A stretch of DNA of 64,000 bases from Candidatus Latescibacterota bacterium. Lineage in GTDB: Bacteria; Latescibacterota; UBA2968. The position numbers and the translations under genes are program-made. The notes below the pieces were generated by a model. That model worked only from the letters and a program-made list of their open reading frames with translations. It did not search any database and had not been told where the DNA came from. The stretch spans positions 5,216,001-5,280,000 of the forward strand of contig OZ240241.1 in the NCBI GenBank assembly GCA_965198115.1. The letters run 5' to 3'. Shown one piece after another: positions 20,848-30,513 of this stretch; positions within the stretch are counted from its first letter, which is position 1; the number at the start of each line of letters is the position of its first letter.

Positions 20848-22068
20848 ATGCAAGTCGATTCTCAACAGCTTCTAGAGAATGGGTACATCATCCTGCAAAA
20901 TGTTGTCCCGCCGGGAGATCTGCAGCATCTGCGTGACACGTTCGAGACCTTGCTCGATCGCCAGAAAGAGGTGTGGCGGGCGCAACGGAAACCCGATGAT
21001 CCGCTCGGTGGGGCCTTTGACACGTCCAAACAGCCCAGAGTGTTCTTCAACGAAGTCGTCGACGGTAAAACGGCCGACGCAGCCGGGTTCTGTCTCCACG
21101 AGAACACACTCGGGGTCAGCAGACAGCTCGTCAACGGCCCCGATGCCGCCGTCAGCCTTATGGCACTCATGTGCAGCCCGACAAGCGACCACGGCCCCGC
21201 TCATTGGCATCGTGACGTGAATCCTCCTGCGCTTGCGCCGCTTCGAGGACTGCAGACGGATATGCTGGAAGGCGGTGTCAGCTACGTTCAGTGGAATATT
21301 CCACTCTACGAAGACAGTGTGCTTTGGGTCGTCCCGGGAAGTCACATCCGCCCCAACACCGATGAAGAGCACAACCACCTTCTCACCGGCCAGCACACTC
21401 CCATACCTGGCAGTATCCCTGTCGAGCTGAACGCCGGCGACGGGGTCGTCTACAGCAACCTGATCCTTCATTGGGGGAGTGACTACAGCCCGAAGCTGCG
21501 ACGAACGATTCATATCTCTTACCGTTCGTTCGACGGCAGGACGCTCCCATACGTCAGCCACAACTACTGGCGAGCGGATCTGGCGAAAGAGCTCCCCGGG
21601 GACATCGGACGTGGTTTCGAGCAATTCGTTGAGTTGGAAAGTGGGAGATACGACCAGATCGAGGTGTTCTTTCGGGCGATCATCGACAAGGACCCCGACC
21701 GTTTTCGCGATGCGCTGGCTATCATCCATCCAGCCGAAACTGCGAGAATGGTTGCGGTCGTCCTGATGTGCAGGATGGCCGACAAGATCCGGAAGCTCAA
21801 ACATCCTGATGTCATTAGTCTGCCGTTCGAGGAACGCGTCGCCGCTGTGCTCGAGCACCGGTTGAGCTTCCAGCCTTACGAAACGTTCGCCGATCGCTTC
21901 ACGAAGCCGGATGCCGACGCCCTGTGGTCTCGCTTCGAGATACTCGCCACCAGACTTCAGGCCGACGTCGACCGCGTTTTCGACATCGACAGTCCTCCTT
22001 CGCGATACCTCTACATGGACATGCCAGAGAACTTCGAAGTCGAAGATTTCATCGCCAGCTGGAATTGA
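20848..22068 (+). CDS. PhyH-family dioxygenase with long C-terminal extension
   Basis: ENGYIIL, WHRD, WVVPGSH, LNAGDGVVY, LHWG, RRTIH. Confidence 0.85.
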   Translation: MQVDSQQLLENGYIILQNVVPPGDLQHLRDTFETLLDRQKEVWRAQRKPDDPLGGAFDTSKQPRVFFNEVVDGKTADAAGFCLHENTLGVSRQLVNGPDAAVSLMALMCSPTSDHGPAHWHRDVNPPALAPLRGLQTDMLEGGVSYVQWNIPLYEDSVLWVVPGSHIRPNTDEEHNHLLTGQHTPIPGSIPVELNAGDGVVYSNLILHWGSDYSPKLRRTIHISYRSFDGRTLPYVSHNYWRADLAKELPGDIGRGFEQFVELESGRYDQIEVFFRAIIDKDPDRFRDALAIIHPAETARMVAVVLMCRMADKIRKLKHPDVISLPFEERVAAVLEHRLSFQPYETFADRFTKPDADALWSRFEILATRLQADVDRVFDIDSPPSRYLYMDMPENFEVEDFIASWN

Positions 22069-22069
22069 A

Positions 22070-24010
22070 ATGTCCTCTCCTTCGGAACCAACCGTCACCG
22101 AAACGGTATTCGGCTGCAGCGTCGACTACGACGTGATGATGCCGATGCGTGATGGGGTCCGGCTGGTCGCCGACATCTACTGGCCGACCGACGAAGCCGA
22201 CCAGCGGCTGCAAGAGGATCTCGCGACAATCCTGGTCCGAACGTCCTACAACAAGACCAACGTCGAATGGGACGGCGTGCCCGAATACTACGCAGCTCGA
22301 GGGTTCGTCTTCATCATTCAGGATCTGCGATCCCGCTATAAATCCGAAGGCGACGGACGCTACTATCACACCTGCAACCCGTGGGAGGGCGACGACGGTT
22401 TTGACACGGTGGAATGGATCGCCTCGCAGCCGTGGTCGAACAGTAGAGTCGGGATGATGGGTAGTTCTCACCGCGCAATCGTGCAGACCCAGGCGGCCCT
22501 CCATCGGCCCCCCCATCTCACGACCATTTGCCCGGAGCAGGGCCCCACCAACATCTACCTCCACGAAGCGCGCGAAGGCGGGGCGATGGCGCTCCATATG
22601 TATATGGCCATCTGCAACCACGCCCTCGACTCGCAGGAGATCCGCGACGACGAAGAGGCCGTCCGTCAGGTTGCGGCCGCCCTCGCCGACGCACGAAACT
22701 GGCTCCAGAAACTGCCACCTACACGAGAAGACAATCCCCTGACCGTAGCGCCCCATCTCGAACAAACGCTATTCGACTACTTTCAACGCGGCGAGTACGA
22801 CGACTGGTGGTCCCAGGAGTGCAACGACCAGACTCCCTACTGGGATCGCCACGCCGACATCCCTTGTCTGATCACGGGCGGCTGGTTCGATCCGTTCATC
22901 GACGGCACAACCGAATACTTCGAATCGATGGTCGCACGCAACAGTACACCCTCGCGCATGATCATCGGCCCCTGGGGTCACGGCACGATGCGCGTCAAGA
23001 CGACCTCCCTCGGCGACGTCGATTTCGGTCAATCGGCGTCGCAAGGCTATCCACAGCACAACGAACTGCGTGTGCGCTGGTTCGACCAGTGGTTGCGCGA
23101 CGGGGTCAACGGTGTCGAGTCGGATGCGCCCGTTGAGATCTTCGTGATGGGTGGCGGGTCAGGTCGAAAGACTGAAGAAGGACTGCTCGACCACGGAGGT
23201 GCCTGGCGATCGGAGAAGGTCTGGCCGATCGCTCGCGCCGTCTCCCAGACCCATTATCTCACACTCGATGGCTGTCTCCGACCCGATCCCCCTGACGACG
23301 CTGCCCGTCTCGATTACCGATACGACCCCGCGGACCCTGTGCCGTCTGCCGGTGGTGCGCTAGCGCACCTGCTCGAGCTCGAACTGACTGAAGACGTGCG
23401 ACTCGACGACGTACCACCTTTCGGTCGACGCGCCGCGGTTTATCGTCAGCGTCGCGAGATCGTACCCTGGGGGCCGAGAGATCAGCGGGAAGAAGCGTGG
23501 ATGATGGGAAATCGCACACCGGGCAAGCGGCTGGCAGAGCGACAGGACGTGCTCGTTTTCGAAACCGATCCGCTCGAACAGAACACCGAGGTCACGGGAC
23601 AGGTCGCCGTCAACCTCTGGGTATCCTCATCCGCGCCCGACACGGACTTCACGGCCAAGCTCGTCGACGTCTATCCGCCCAACGATGATTATCCTGAAGG
23701 CTATGAAATGAACCTCACGGACACGGTCCTCAGGATGCGTTACCGGAATGGCTGGACCGAATCTGTCCTGATGAATGCGGGTGAGGTCTACGCCATCTCC
23801 ATCCTTCTGCCCGGCACGAGCAACCTGTTTCAGAGGGGACACCGAATTCGGCTGGACGTCTCGAGCAGCAACTTCCCACGGCTCGAACCCAACCCGAACA
23901 CGGGGGAGCCTGTCGGTCGGCACACGCATCTCGCCATCGCCAACAACAGTCTTCACCTCGGTCACGAGACACCTTCGCACATCGTGCTACCGATCGTCCC
24001 ACCCTGCTGA
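22070..24010 (+). CDS. CocE/NonD family serine hydrolase
   Basis: MPMRDGVRL, RTSY, QDLR, GGWFD, IGPWGH, SSAPDTDF, LDVSSSNFPR. Confidence 0.9.
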   Translation: MSSPSEPTVTETVFGCSVDYDVMMPMRDGVRLVADIYWPTDEADQRLQEDLATILVRTSYNKTNVEWDGVPEYYAARGFVFIIQDLRSRYKSEGDGRYYHTCNPWEGDDGFDTVEWIASQPWSNSRVGMMGSSHRAIVQTQAALHRPPHLTTICPEQGPTNIYLHEAREGGAMALHMYMAICNHALDSQEIRDDEEAVRQVAAALADARNWLQKLPPTREDNPLTVAPHLEQTLFDYFQRGEYDDWWSQECNDQTPYWDRHADIPCLITGGWFDPFIDGTTEYFESMVARNSTPSRMIIGPWGHGTMRVKTTSLGDVDFGQSASQGYPQHNELRVRWFDQWLRDGVNGVESDAPVEIFVMGGGSGRKTEEGLLDHGGAWRSEKVWPIARAVSQTHYLTLDGCLRPDPPDDAARLDYRYDPADPVPSAGGALAHLLELELTEDVRLDDVPPFGRRAAVYRQRREIVPWGPRDQREEAWMMGNRTPGKRLAERQDVLVFETDPLEQNTEVTGQVAVNLWVSSSAPDTDFTAKLVDVYPPNDDYPEGYEMNLTDTVLRMRYRNGWTESVLMNAGEVYAISILLPGTSNLFQRGHRIRLDVSSSNFPRLEPNPNTGEPVGRHTHLAIANNSLHLGHETPSHIVLPIVPPC

Positions 24011-24063
24011 CGGTTGTACCGACGTTCTGGGCCTTCATCCGCTCCTCAACGGAGACTGATCAC

Positions 24064-24936
24064 GTGCACGTGATCCACGAATGGAACGATCAGAAAGCCC
24101 TCATCCGCGTGGAAGGGCTAAAGGACAGCGTACACGCCCTGCATATCTCCGACACGCATATGGGCTTGATCGATGAGCGCGACGCACCTAAGCTGGATCG
24201 TTGCCGCGGGATGGGGGAACGTTTCCACACACGGCACGAGAATCGAGATAGCCAGGGTGGCATCATTCCACAGGAAGAGGCCTACCGGCAGATGCTGGCG
24301 CGAGCCGCCGAGGAGAAGGTCGATCTGCTGGCGTTGACGGGGGACATCGTCGACTTTCCCTCTCGAGCAAACGTCGAGTACGCGCACGATCAGATTGTCG
24401 ACATCGATGTGCCCACACTCTACACCGCTGGCAATCACGATTGGCAGTTCAAGGGACACGAACCGACGTCGGAGGTGCGGACGAAGTATTGGCCCTTGTT
24501 GGAGCCCCTGCATCAGGGCGAACCAGCTTTCTCTCGACGCCTTATCAACGGTCTCCAATTCCTGGCTGTTGACAACTCGATATACCAGATCGAAGAGGAA
24601 CAACTGGAATCGACCCGGCTCGCCTTGGACGAAGGCACACCGACCGTCATCCTGCTGCACATCCCGCTGAGTCTACCCACGCTGCGAGATGCCGTCATCG
24701 ACGTCTGGGGTGAGCCGATCCTGATGGGGGATCCGGAACGGCCAGAGGCCGAAGAGGATACGGCCTGCACGCGTGCGTTCATCCAACTCGTTGCCGGCGC
24801 CGAAAACCTCGTCGCGATCCTCTGCGGACACATCCATCATTCGCACGTCGACGCCCTGAACCCCTGGGCTGCTCAATATCTCTCACCACCAGGTTATGCG
24901 GGGGAGTGTCGTCTGTTCGAATGGCAGCCGATGTGA
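24064..24936 (+). CDS. Calcineurin-like metallophosphoesterase
   Basis: SDTH, TGDIVD, GNHD, LHIP, CGHIH. Confidence 0.88.
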   Translation: MHVIHEWNDQKALIRVEGLKDSVHALHISDTHMGLIDERDAPKLDRCRGMGERFHTRHENRDSQGGIIPQEEAYRQMLARAAEEKVDLLALTGDIVDFPSRANVEYAHDQIVDIDVPTLYTAGNHDWQFKGHEPTSEVRTKYWPLLEPLHQGEPAFSRRLINGLQFLAVDNSIYQIEEEQLESTRLALDEGTPTVILLHIPLSLPTLRDAVIDVWGEPILMGDPERPEAEEDTACTRAFIQLVAGAENLVAILCGHIHHSHVDALNPWAAQYLSPPGYAGECRLFEWQPM

Positions 24937-24954
24937 GCGAGCTGCGAGTGCTTC

Positions 24955-25599
24955 GTGAACGCTGACAAGGAGCCCGGTGTGATCTACGAATTCCGAACCT
25001 ACAATCTCAAGACGCGCCAGCTGCAGGAATACTGGAAGCGGTTCACCGAAAAGCTGCCGGGCCGCGAAGCCTTCTCGAAGCTGGGCGGTCATTGGTATTC
25101 CGAGTTCGGGCTGCTCAATCAGATGGTCGCGGTCTGGCCCTACGAGGATCTCGATCAAAGGGCGGACATTCGCGAACGCGCCGAAGCGGGTCCGAATCCC
25201 GCGTGGCCGCCGAATTCGGGCGAGCTCATCATCGAAATGGTCTCCCGAATCTATCTGCCAGCCCCCTTCATGCGGCCCCTGAATCCCGGCACGTTCGGAC
25301 CCCTTTACGAGCTCCGACTCTACACCTACGCCGCGGAAGCCATCCCGACAGTCCTCGACGTGTGGGGCAACAACATCGAAGCGCGTGAAGCGCTTTCACC
25401 TCTGATCGGCTGTTGGTACACGGAATACGGCGGTCCCGACAACTTCATTCATCTTTGGGCGTATTCCTCTTTCGAAGAGCGTATGCGGATCCGACAGGAG
25501 TCCAGAGACCGTGAGATATGGCCGCCCAAGAGTCCCGTAATACCAGTCAGACAGGAAAGCAAGCTGCTGCTTCCCGCTCCCTTCTCGCCACTCCAGTAG
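24955..25599 (+). CDS. NIPSNAP family protein, two domains
   Basis: IYEFRTY and LYELRLY repeats, WYSEFG, HLWAY, LLPAPFSPLQ. Confidence 0.9.
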   Translation: MNADKEPGVIYEFRTYNLKTRQLQEYWKRFTEKLPGREAFSKLGGHWYSEFGLLNQMVAVWPYEDLDQRADIRERAEAGPNPAWPPNSGELIIEMVSRIYLPAPFMRPLNPGTFGPLYELRLYTYAAEAIPTVLDVWGNNIEAREALSPLIGCWYTEYGGPDNFIHLWAYSSFEERMRIRQESRDREIWPPKSPVIPVRQESKLLLPAPFSPLQ

Positions 25600-25607
25600 G
25601 TTCGACA

Positions 25608-26405
25608 GTGCCGCACGATCCTTCAGCGAACGGCCAAAGAGTACCGATCCTCGTCTATCACCACGTCTATCCTGCGTCGAGTCCCGAGCTCGCGGCGATC
25701 GACTCGGCCGCAGGAGCCGGTGTTCTCGGGGAAGACGCATTCGTGCAGCAGATGCAATACCTCGCCGACGAAGGCTGGACCGTCGTATCGACGACGCGCG
25801 TCATCGACTGGGTCACGGAAGGCAGACCCATCCCCGAGAAAAGCGTCGTGCTGCACTTCGACAACGGATGGCTCGACACAGCAACGGTCGCGCTGCCCCT
25901 GTTGCGAAGATTCGCCTTCGCGGCCACCTGCTTTCCCATCACCGACGGCCTCGAAGCGGCCTCAAACCGTCGGTCGCACAAGGTTCGTACGTTGACCGAG
26001 GGCGTGGTCGAGAACCCATTTATGACCTGGGATCAGATCGAAGAACTCGTCAAAGACGGCTGGGACATCGGCGCCCACACGGCCACCCACTGCAAAATCG
26101 CTGAAAGGCACGGGGAACAAGGGGATGAGGGGGTGATCCGCGAGGCAGAAACGTCGAACGATTTGTTCCAACAGCGCCTCGGGTTCGTTCCCGATCACTT
26201 CGCCTATCCGAGTGGGTCTCGGAACGATGCCTCGGATTCCATCCTGTCACGCTACTATAAATCGCTTCGTCTATGGCACTTCGATTGGCCCATACACTGG
26301 TCCTTCACGAACCGCGACACGTCCCCTCTGGGAATTGAATGCCAGAACATCGACGTGCGCGTACCTTCCGAAGATTTCAAACGCATCTTCATCGAAGCCT
26401 CGTGA
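25608..26405 (+). CDS. Polysaccharide deacetylase (CE4/NodB) family
   Basis: VPILVYH, LHFDNG, IGAHTATH, FAYPSG. Confidence 0.85.
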   Translation: MPHDPSANGQRVPILVYHHVYPASSPELAAIDSAAGAGVLGEDAFVQQMQYLADEGWTVVSTTRVIDWVTEGRPIPEKSVVLHFDNGWLDTATVALPLLRRFAFAATCFPITDGLEAASNRRSHKVRTLTEGVVENPFMTWDQIEELVKDGWDIGAHTATHCKIAERHGEQGDEGVIREAETSNDLFQQRLGFVPDHFAYPSGSRNDASDSILSRYYKSLRLWHFDWPIHWSFTNRDTSPLGIECQNIDVRVPSEDFKRIFIEAS

Positions 26406-26423
26406 TCCACTAAGGAGATTGAA

Positions 26424-27245
26424 ATGGCCGCTCCAGAAAGCCAGTCACAAGGAACGAGCGGACAACGTCTGAGGGGCAAGGTGGCCGCCATCACCGGTGC
26501 GGGCGCCGGCAACGGCAGGGCCACCGTGCTCCGACTCGGTCGTGACGGCGCATCCGTCTTCATCAGCGACATCGACCAGGATCGGCTCGACGACACACTC
26601 CAAATGTTGAAGGAAGCCGGAATTGAAGCCGTCGGGGCCATCTTCGACGCCGCGAAGGCAGAGGACGCCGCTCGATTCATCGACGCGGTCATCGCTCGCT
26701 ATGGTCGGCTCGACATCTTCGTCAACAACGCCGGTGCCATTCGAGCGCAGCCCTTTCCCGATGTCACCGAAGAAACGTGGGACTGGGTGATGGACCTCAA
26801 TCTCAAAGGCGCCTACTTCTACATGCAAGAGGCCGCCAAGCAGATGACGAAGCAAAGCTCCGGCACCATCATCAACATCGCCTCCGTCGCAGGCATTGCG
26901 GGGGGCATGACCCTTTCTCCGCCCTACGCGGGCGCCAAGGCCGCCCTCATCAACCTAACCAAGGTCGCCGCCGCGAAGATGGCCGAATACGGCGTCACTG
27001 TGAACGCCGTCGCGCCCGGTATCGTCAACACCGCGTTCAACTGGAACCTGGATGAGGAAATCGGCGTGGGTCAGCTCGGCATGAAGGAAGGCGAGCACCT
27101 GGAACAACGCTGTGAACCGATCCCGATGGGACGGATTGGCGAGCCAGAGGACGTTGCGAACGCCGTCGCCTTCCTGACCGGTCCCGACGCCGCCTACATC
27201 ACCGCCGAAACGCTCATCGTTTCAGGCGGCCTCGTCACCCACTGA
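26424..27245 (+). CDS. SDR family oxidoreductase
   Basis: TGAGAGNG, NNAG, YAGAK, NAVAPG. Confidence 0.92.
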   Translation: MAAPESQSQGTSGQRLRGKVAAITGAGAGNGRATVLRLGRDGASVFISDIDQDRLDDTLQMLKEAGIEAVGAIFDAAKAEDAARFIDAVIARYGRLDIFVNNAGAIRAQPFPDVTEETWDWVMDLNLKGAYFYMQEAAKQMTKQSSGTIINIASVAGIAGGMTLSPPYAGAKAALINLTKVAAAKMAEYGVTVNAVAPGIVNTAFNWNLDEEIGVGQLGMKEGEHLEQRCEPIPMGRIGEPEDVANAVAFLTGPDAAYITAETLIVSGGLVTH

Positions 27246-27265
27246 TCCCTCGGTCGGAGAAAGAG

Positions 27266-28057
27266 ATGTCATCTGAGCCACCACTGATCACGAACCCTGC
27301 CAAGGACATTCTCAAGAGCGGCGGACCGCTGTTCGGGTTCAACGTGTTCGAATCCCTTCGCCCTTCAGTCGTCAAGATCGTCGCGCAGGCCGGATACAAC
27401 CTCCTCCTGATCGAGAACGAACACGTCGTGCACAACGACGAAACACTCACGAACTTTCTCGTGATGGCCCGAGACAACGGGTTGTCCCCCACCGTAACGG
27501 TCCTCGTTCCCGACCGGCCCTTCGTGTCGCGCGTGCTCGACGCGGGCGCGCTCGGCATCTGCCTCTCACACGCCGACACGCCCGACCAGGTGGATGACCT
27601 GGTACGCTGGATGAAATACGCGCCCGTGGGTGAGCGCGGCCTGGCGCTGGGCGCCAACGTGGACTACGTGGGAACTGATGTCGCACGCTATTGCGAGGAA
27701 GCGAACGCAGCAACCCTATTGACCCTCAAGATTGAATCCCCACGTGGGGTCGAGAACGCCGAGGCGATGCTTTCGAACGAATGCGTGGACGCCGTCGTGT
27801 TCGGTCCTGGCGACCTGGCGGCGAAAATGGGTTACCACGGACAGTGGGAACACCCCGAGGTCGTCAAGGCGATGGAAAGCGTGATCGAAATCGCCCTCTC
27901 GAAAAATCTGCCCGTGGAGCCATCGGTTTATCCAAAGAGCCGCGCGGAATACGAACAACAGCGAGAGCGTGGCATCCAATTGTTCGGACGTTTTAGAAGC
28001 ACCGAATACAATCTGCTTCAGGAAGCCGCGTCAGAGGCGATGTCGATTTATCGTTGA
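27266..28057 (+). CDS. HpcH/HpaI aldolase family
   Basis: IENEH, LDAGALG, KYAPVGERG, KIES, FGPGDL. Confidence 0.85.
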   Translation: MSSEPPLITNPAKDILKSGGPLFGFNVFESLRPSVVKIVAQAGYNLLLIENEHVVHNDETLTNFLVMARDNGLSPTVTVLVPDRPFVSRVLDAGALGICLSHADTPDQVDDLVRWMKYAPVGERGLALGANVDYVGTDVARYCEEANAATLLTLKIESPRGVENAEAMLSNECVDAVVFGPGDLAAKMGYHGQWEHPEVVKAMESVIEIALSKNLPVEPSVYPKSRAEYEQQRERGIQLFGRFRSTEYNLLQEAASEAMSIYR

Positions 28058-28088
28058 CCAAGGCCGTTCGCAGAAGGTGGAGAGACGT

Positions 28089-29123
28089 ATGGCCACAAAA
28101 GCCACACTTGGAATCACACGAGAGTTTTTCGACGAGGAAGGAAACCTCACGATGCCGGGTCCAGGTCTGAAGCTGCTCGACGATCTACCTGGACTCGAGT
28201 ATCACGTGTTCGACGAGTGGATCCGCGAGATTCCCCCCGAGCAGGTCAACGGATGCGATATGGTCATCAGCGGCGGCGCGCGATGGACAGCCCACGCCCT
28301 CGAGGGAAACGAGCAGTTGATCGCCCTCCTCTATACTGGTGTGGGCTATGATCACATCGATGTGGAGGCGCTGACCGAGAACGGGACGCTCTTCTGTTTC
28401 GCGCCCGACGCCGTGCGACGGCCGATGGCGTGCACCGTGATGACATTCATCATGGCCCTCGCGATGCGACTGATGGCGAAGGATCGTATCACCCGACATG
28501 GGCGATGGGCGGAGCAGAGTGAGTATCGGGGGGAGGGTCTGACCGGAAAGACGCTGGGTGGTATCGGTGTAGGCAACATCGGACGGGAGGTGTTCGTGTT
28601 GGCCCAGCCGTTCGGCATGCGACATCTTGCCTGCGACCCCTATGTTGATCCAGCCTCTGTCGCCGATCTCGGCATAGAGCTGGTGGATCTGGACACGCTC
28701 CTGAAGGAATCCGACTTCGTGACCATCAGCGTCCCCCTGAACTCCAACACGCGCCATCTCGTCGGCGAGCGTGAACTGCGAAAGATGAAAGCGACGGCCT
28801 ACCTGATCAACACGTCGCGCGGGCCAACGGTCGACGAGCAGGCCTTGATCAAGGCCTTGCGCGAGAAGTGGATTCAGGGTGCGGCCCTCGACGTCTTCGA
28901 GCAGGAGCCGGTCGATTCTGAAAACCCGCTCCTGAAGATGGACAACGTCATCGTATCGCCCCACGCGCTCGGTCATACCGATGAGTACTACCAGCTCGCC
29001 TGGGAAGGCAAAGTCAGACAGGCGTCCAAGATTCTACGGGGCGAGATTCCCGACGGGGTCGTCAATACGGAAGTCCTCGAAAGCGATTCGTTCAAAGCGA
29101 AATTCAAGCGATTCCAAAACTGA
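28089..29123 (+). CDS. D-isomer-specific 2-hydroxyacid dehydrogenase
   Basis: GVGNIG, LINTSRG, LDVFEQEP, SPH. Confidence 0.9.
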   Translation: MATKATLGITREFFDEEGNLTMPGPGLKLLDDLPGLEYHVFDEWIREIPPEQVNGCDMVISGGARWTAHALEGNEQLIALLYTGVGYDHIDVEALTENGTLFCFAPDAVRRPMACTVMTFIMALAMRLMAKDRITRHGRWAEQSEYRGEGLTGKTLGGIGVGNIGREVFVLAQPFGMRHLACDPYVDPASVADLGIELVDLDTLLKESDFVTISVPLNSNTRHLVGERELRKMKATAYLINTSRGPTVDEQALIKALREKWIQGAALDVFEQEPVDSENPLLKMDNVIVSPHALGHTDEYYQLAWEGKVRQASKILRGEIPDGVVNTEVLESDSFKAKFKRFQN

Positions 29124-29146
29124 TCGCACCTACTGGAGTATCGCCG

Positions 29147-29503
29147 ATGGACCACAGACAACAGATCCGAGAGTGGCTGGACAAACTTCGCGCAGGCACG
29201 CTCGTCGAAGACGATCTCCAACAGGCACTGGACCGCCTGAACGGTCAATCGCACAGACAAAAGCTGCTGTATCTGCAGGCACACAAGTCAGGCGTGGACG
29301 CTGATGTCATCGGGATGTCCATCGTAGAGAATGGAGAAATCAGCGAGGGCCCGGGTGACCCGGAGGCGTGGCCCTACAAGACTGTGCTGGAAGCGATGAA
29401 CGACGGCTGGCGTGTAATCAAGTTTCCGGATATGACCCTGATGATGCAGGATGAGGAGACTTACGGACTCGGGTGCGACTTCGTGCTCGAGAAGTGGGAA
29501 TAG
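29147..29503 (+). CDS. Small hypothetical protein (118 aa), PhyH-associated
   Basis: RBS ggag; homolog of 18535 with an extra N-terminal helical segment. Confidence 0.85.
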   Translation: MDHRQQIREWLDKLRAGTLVEDDLQQALDRLNGQSHRQKLLYLQAHKSGVDADVIGMSIVENGEISEGPGDPEAWPYKTVLEAMNDGWRVIKFPDMTLMMQDEETYGLGCDFVLEKWE

Positions 29504-29530
29504 GTCAAAGTAGATGTCAGGTTTAGCGGC

Positions 29531-29604
29531 GTCAGTTCGAGCGAAGTCGAGAACACGCCCATAGCCCAAGCGATTAGGGACTTCTCGACTCCGCTCGAAG
29601 TGAC
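29531..29604. repeat. REP-like paired hairpin element, family A long form
   Basis: Near-identical to 3991-4066. Confidence 0.85.
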
Positions 29605-29639
29605 CTGCTTCCAATCTCGTATTGCCTTCGAGGTGAACT

Positions 29640-30497
29640 ATGACAATGGCATTACCACAGACCGAGATCGCCCTCCCCTACGACTGCAAACCCACGCTGA
29701 CCGACGAACAGGTCTTCGAGTTCTGTCGAAAGGGCTATATGGTCCTCGAGGGCGCTGTCGAGGATGAAGTCAACGAGCGAACAGTGGCCTTCTGCGACCG
29801 GTTTCCGACCGGTCAGCCGCTCGAGCTGCTGGAGGAAGATTGGTTCGTCGATGGTGTCCTCAAACACAAGGAAGCTGCGGGCGCGGTTCGCTGTCTCCTC
29901 GGAAAGGACTTTCTCCTGCCGGGCAACATCAGCAACCATCGCGCAGAATGTCCGGCGCCCGCTCAGGGCTGGCATCGCGATGGCGGTTCGATCTACACGC
30001 CACGCCTCGACTATCTACAGGTATTCTACTATCCCCAGGACACGACGGCTGAAATGGGTCCCACGGAGGTGCTTCCGGGTTCTCACTTCAGACGATGCAA
30101 ATCGAACTTCATCAACCACGTTCGCAACATCAAAATGACGGAGAAGACGATCGCGCCGGCCGGATCGATCTTCATCACCGTCTACGCCATCTGGCATCGG
30201 AAGGGCAAGAGCACGTGGAGCGGTATCCGCAATCTCATCAAGTACAACTACTGGCGCACCGCCCAACCACAGCGTGATTGGATCATCGATCCTGACTACG
30301 TCTTCTCGTGGCCCGAAACGCCGCCCGAACCCGGATTCGAGCAGTTCAAGAGCGAAATCGGAGCGGCCAGAATGTTCTCGTGGCTCTGCGGCGAAGAATA
30401 CGAACACACCGGTGGTCAATGTTGGCCGTGCGGTTCTCCGCGAACGCCTGAATGCGATCAGCCAGGGTTGCCAGCCGGGTTGAGACGGTACACCTGA
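29640..30497 (+). CDS. PhyH-family Fe(II)/2OG dioxygenase, paralog of 17677
   Basis: WHRDGG, LQVFYYPQDT, GPTEVLPGSH, IWHR. Confidence 0.87.
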   Translation: MTMALPQTEIALPYDCKPTLTDEQVFEFCRKGYMVLEGAVEDEVNERTVAFCDRFPTGQPLELLEEDWFVDGVLKHKEAAGAVRCLLGKDFLLPGNISNHRAECPAPAQGWHRDGGSIYTPRLDYLQVFYYPQDTTAEMGPTEVLPGSHFRRCKSNFINHVRNIKMTEKTIAPAGSIFITVYAIWHRKGKSTWSGIRNLIKYNYWRTAQPQRDWIIDPDYVFSWPETPPEPGFEQFKSEIGAARMFSWLCGEEYEHTGGQCWPCGSPRTPECDQPGLPAGLRRYT

Positions 30498-30513
30498 CAA
30501 AAGCGTAGGTCCT

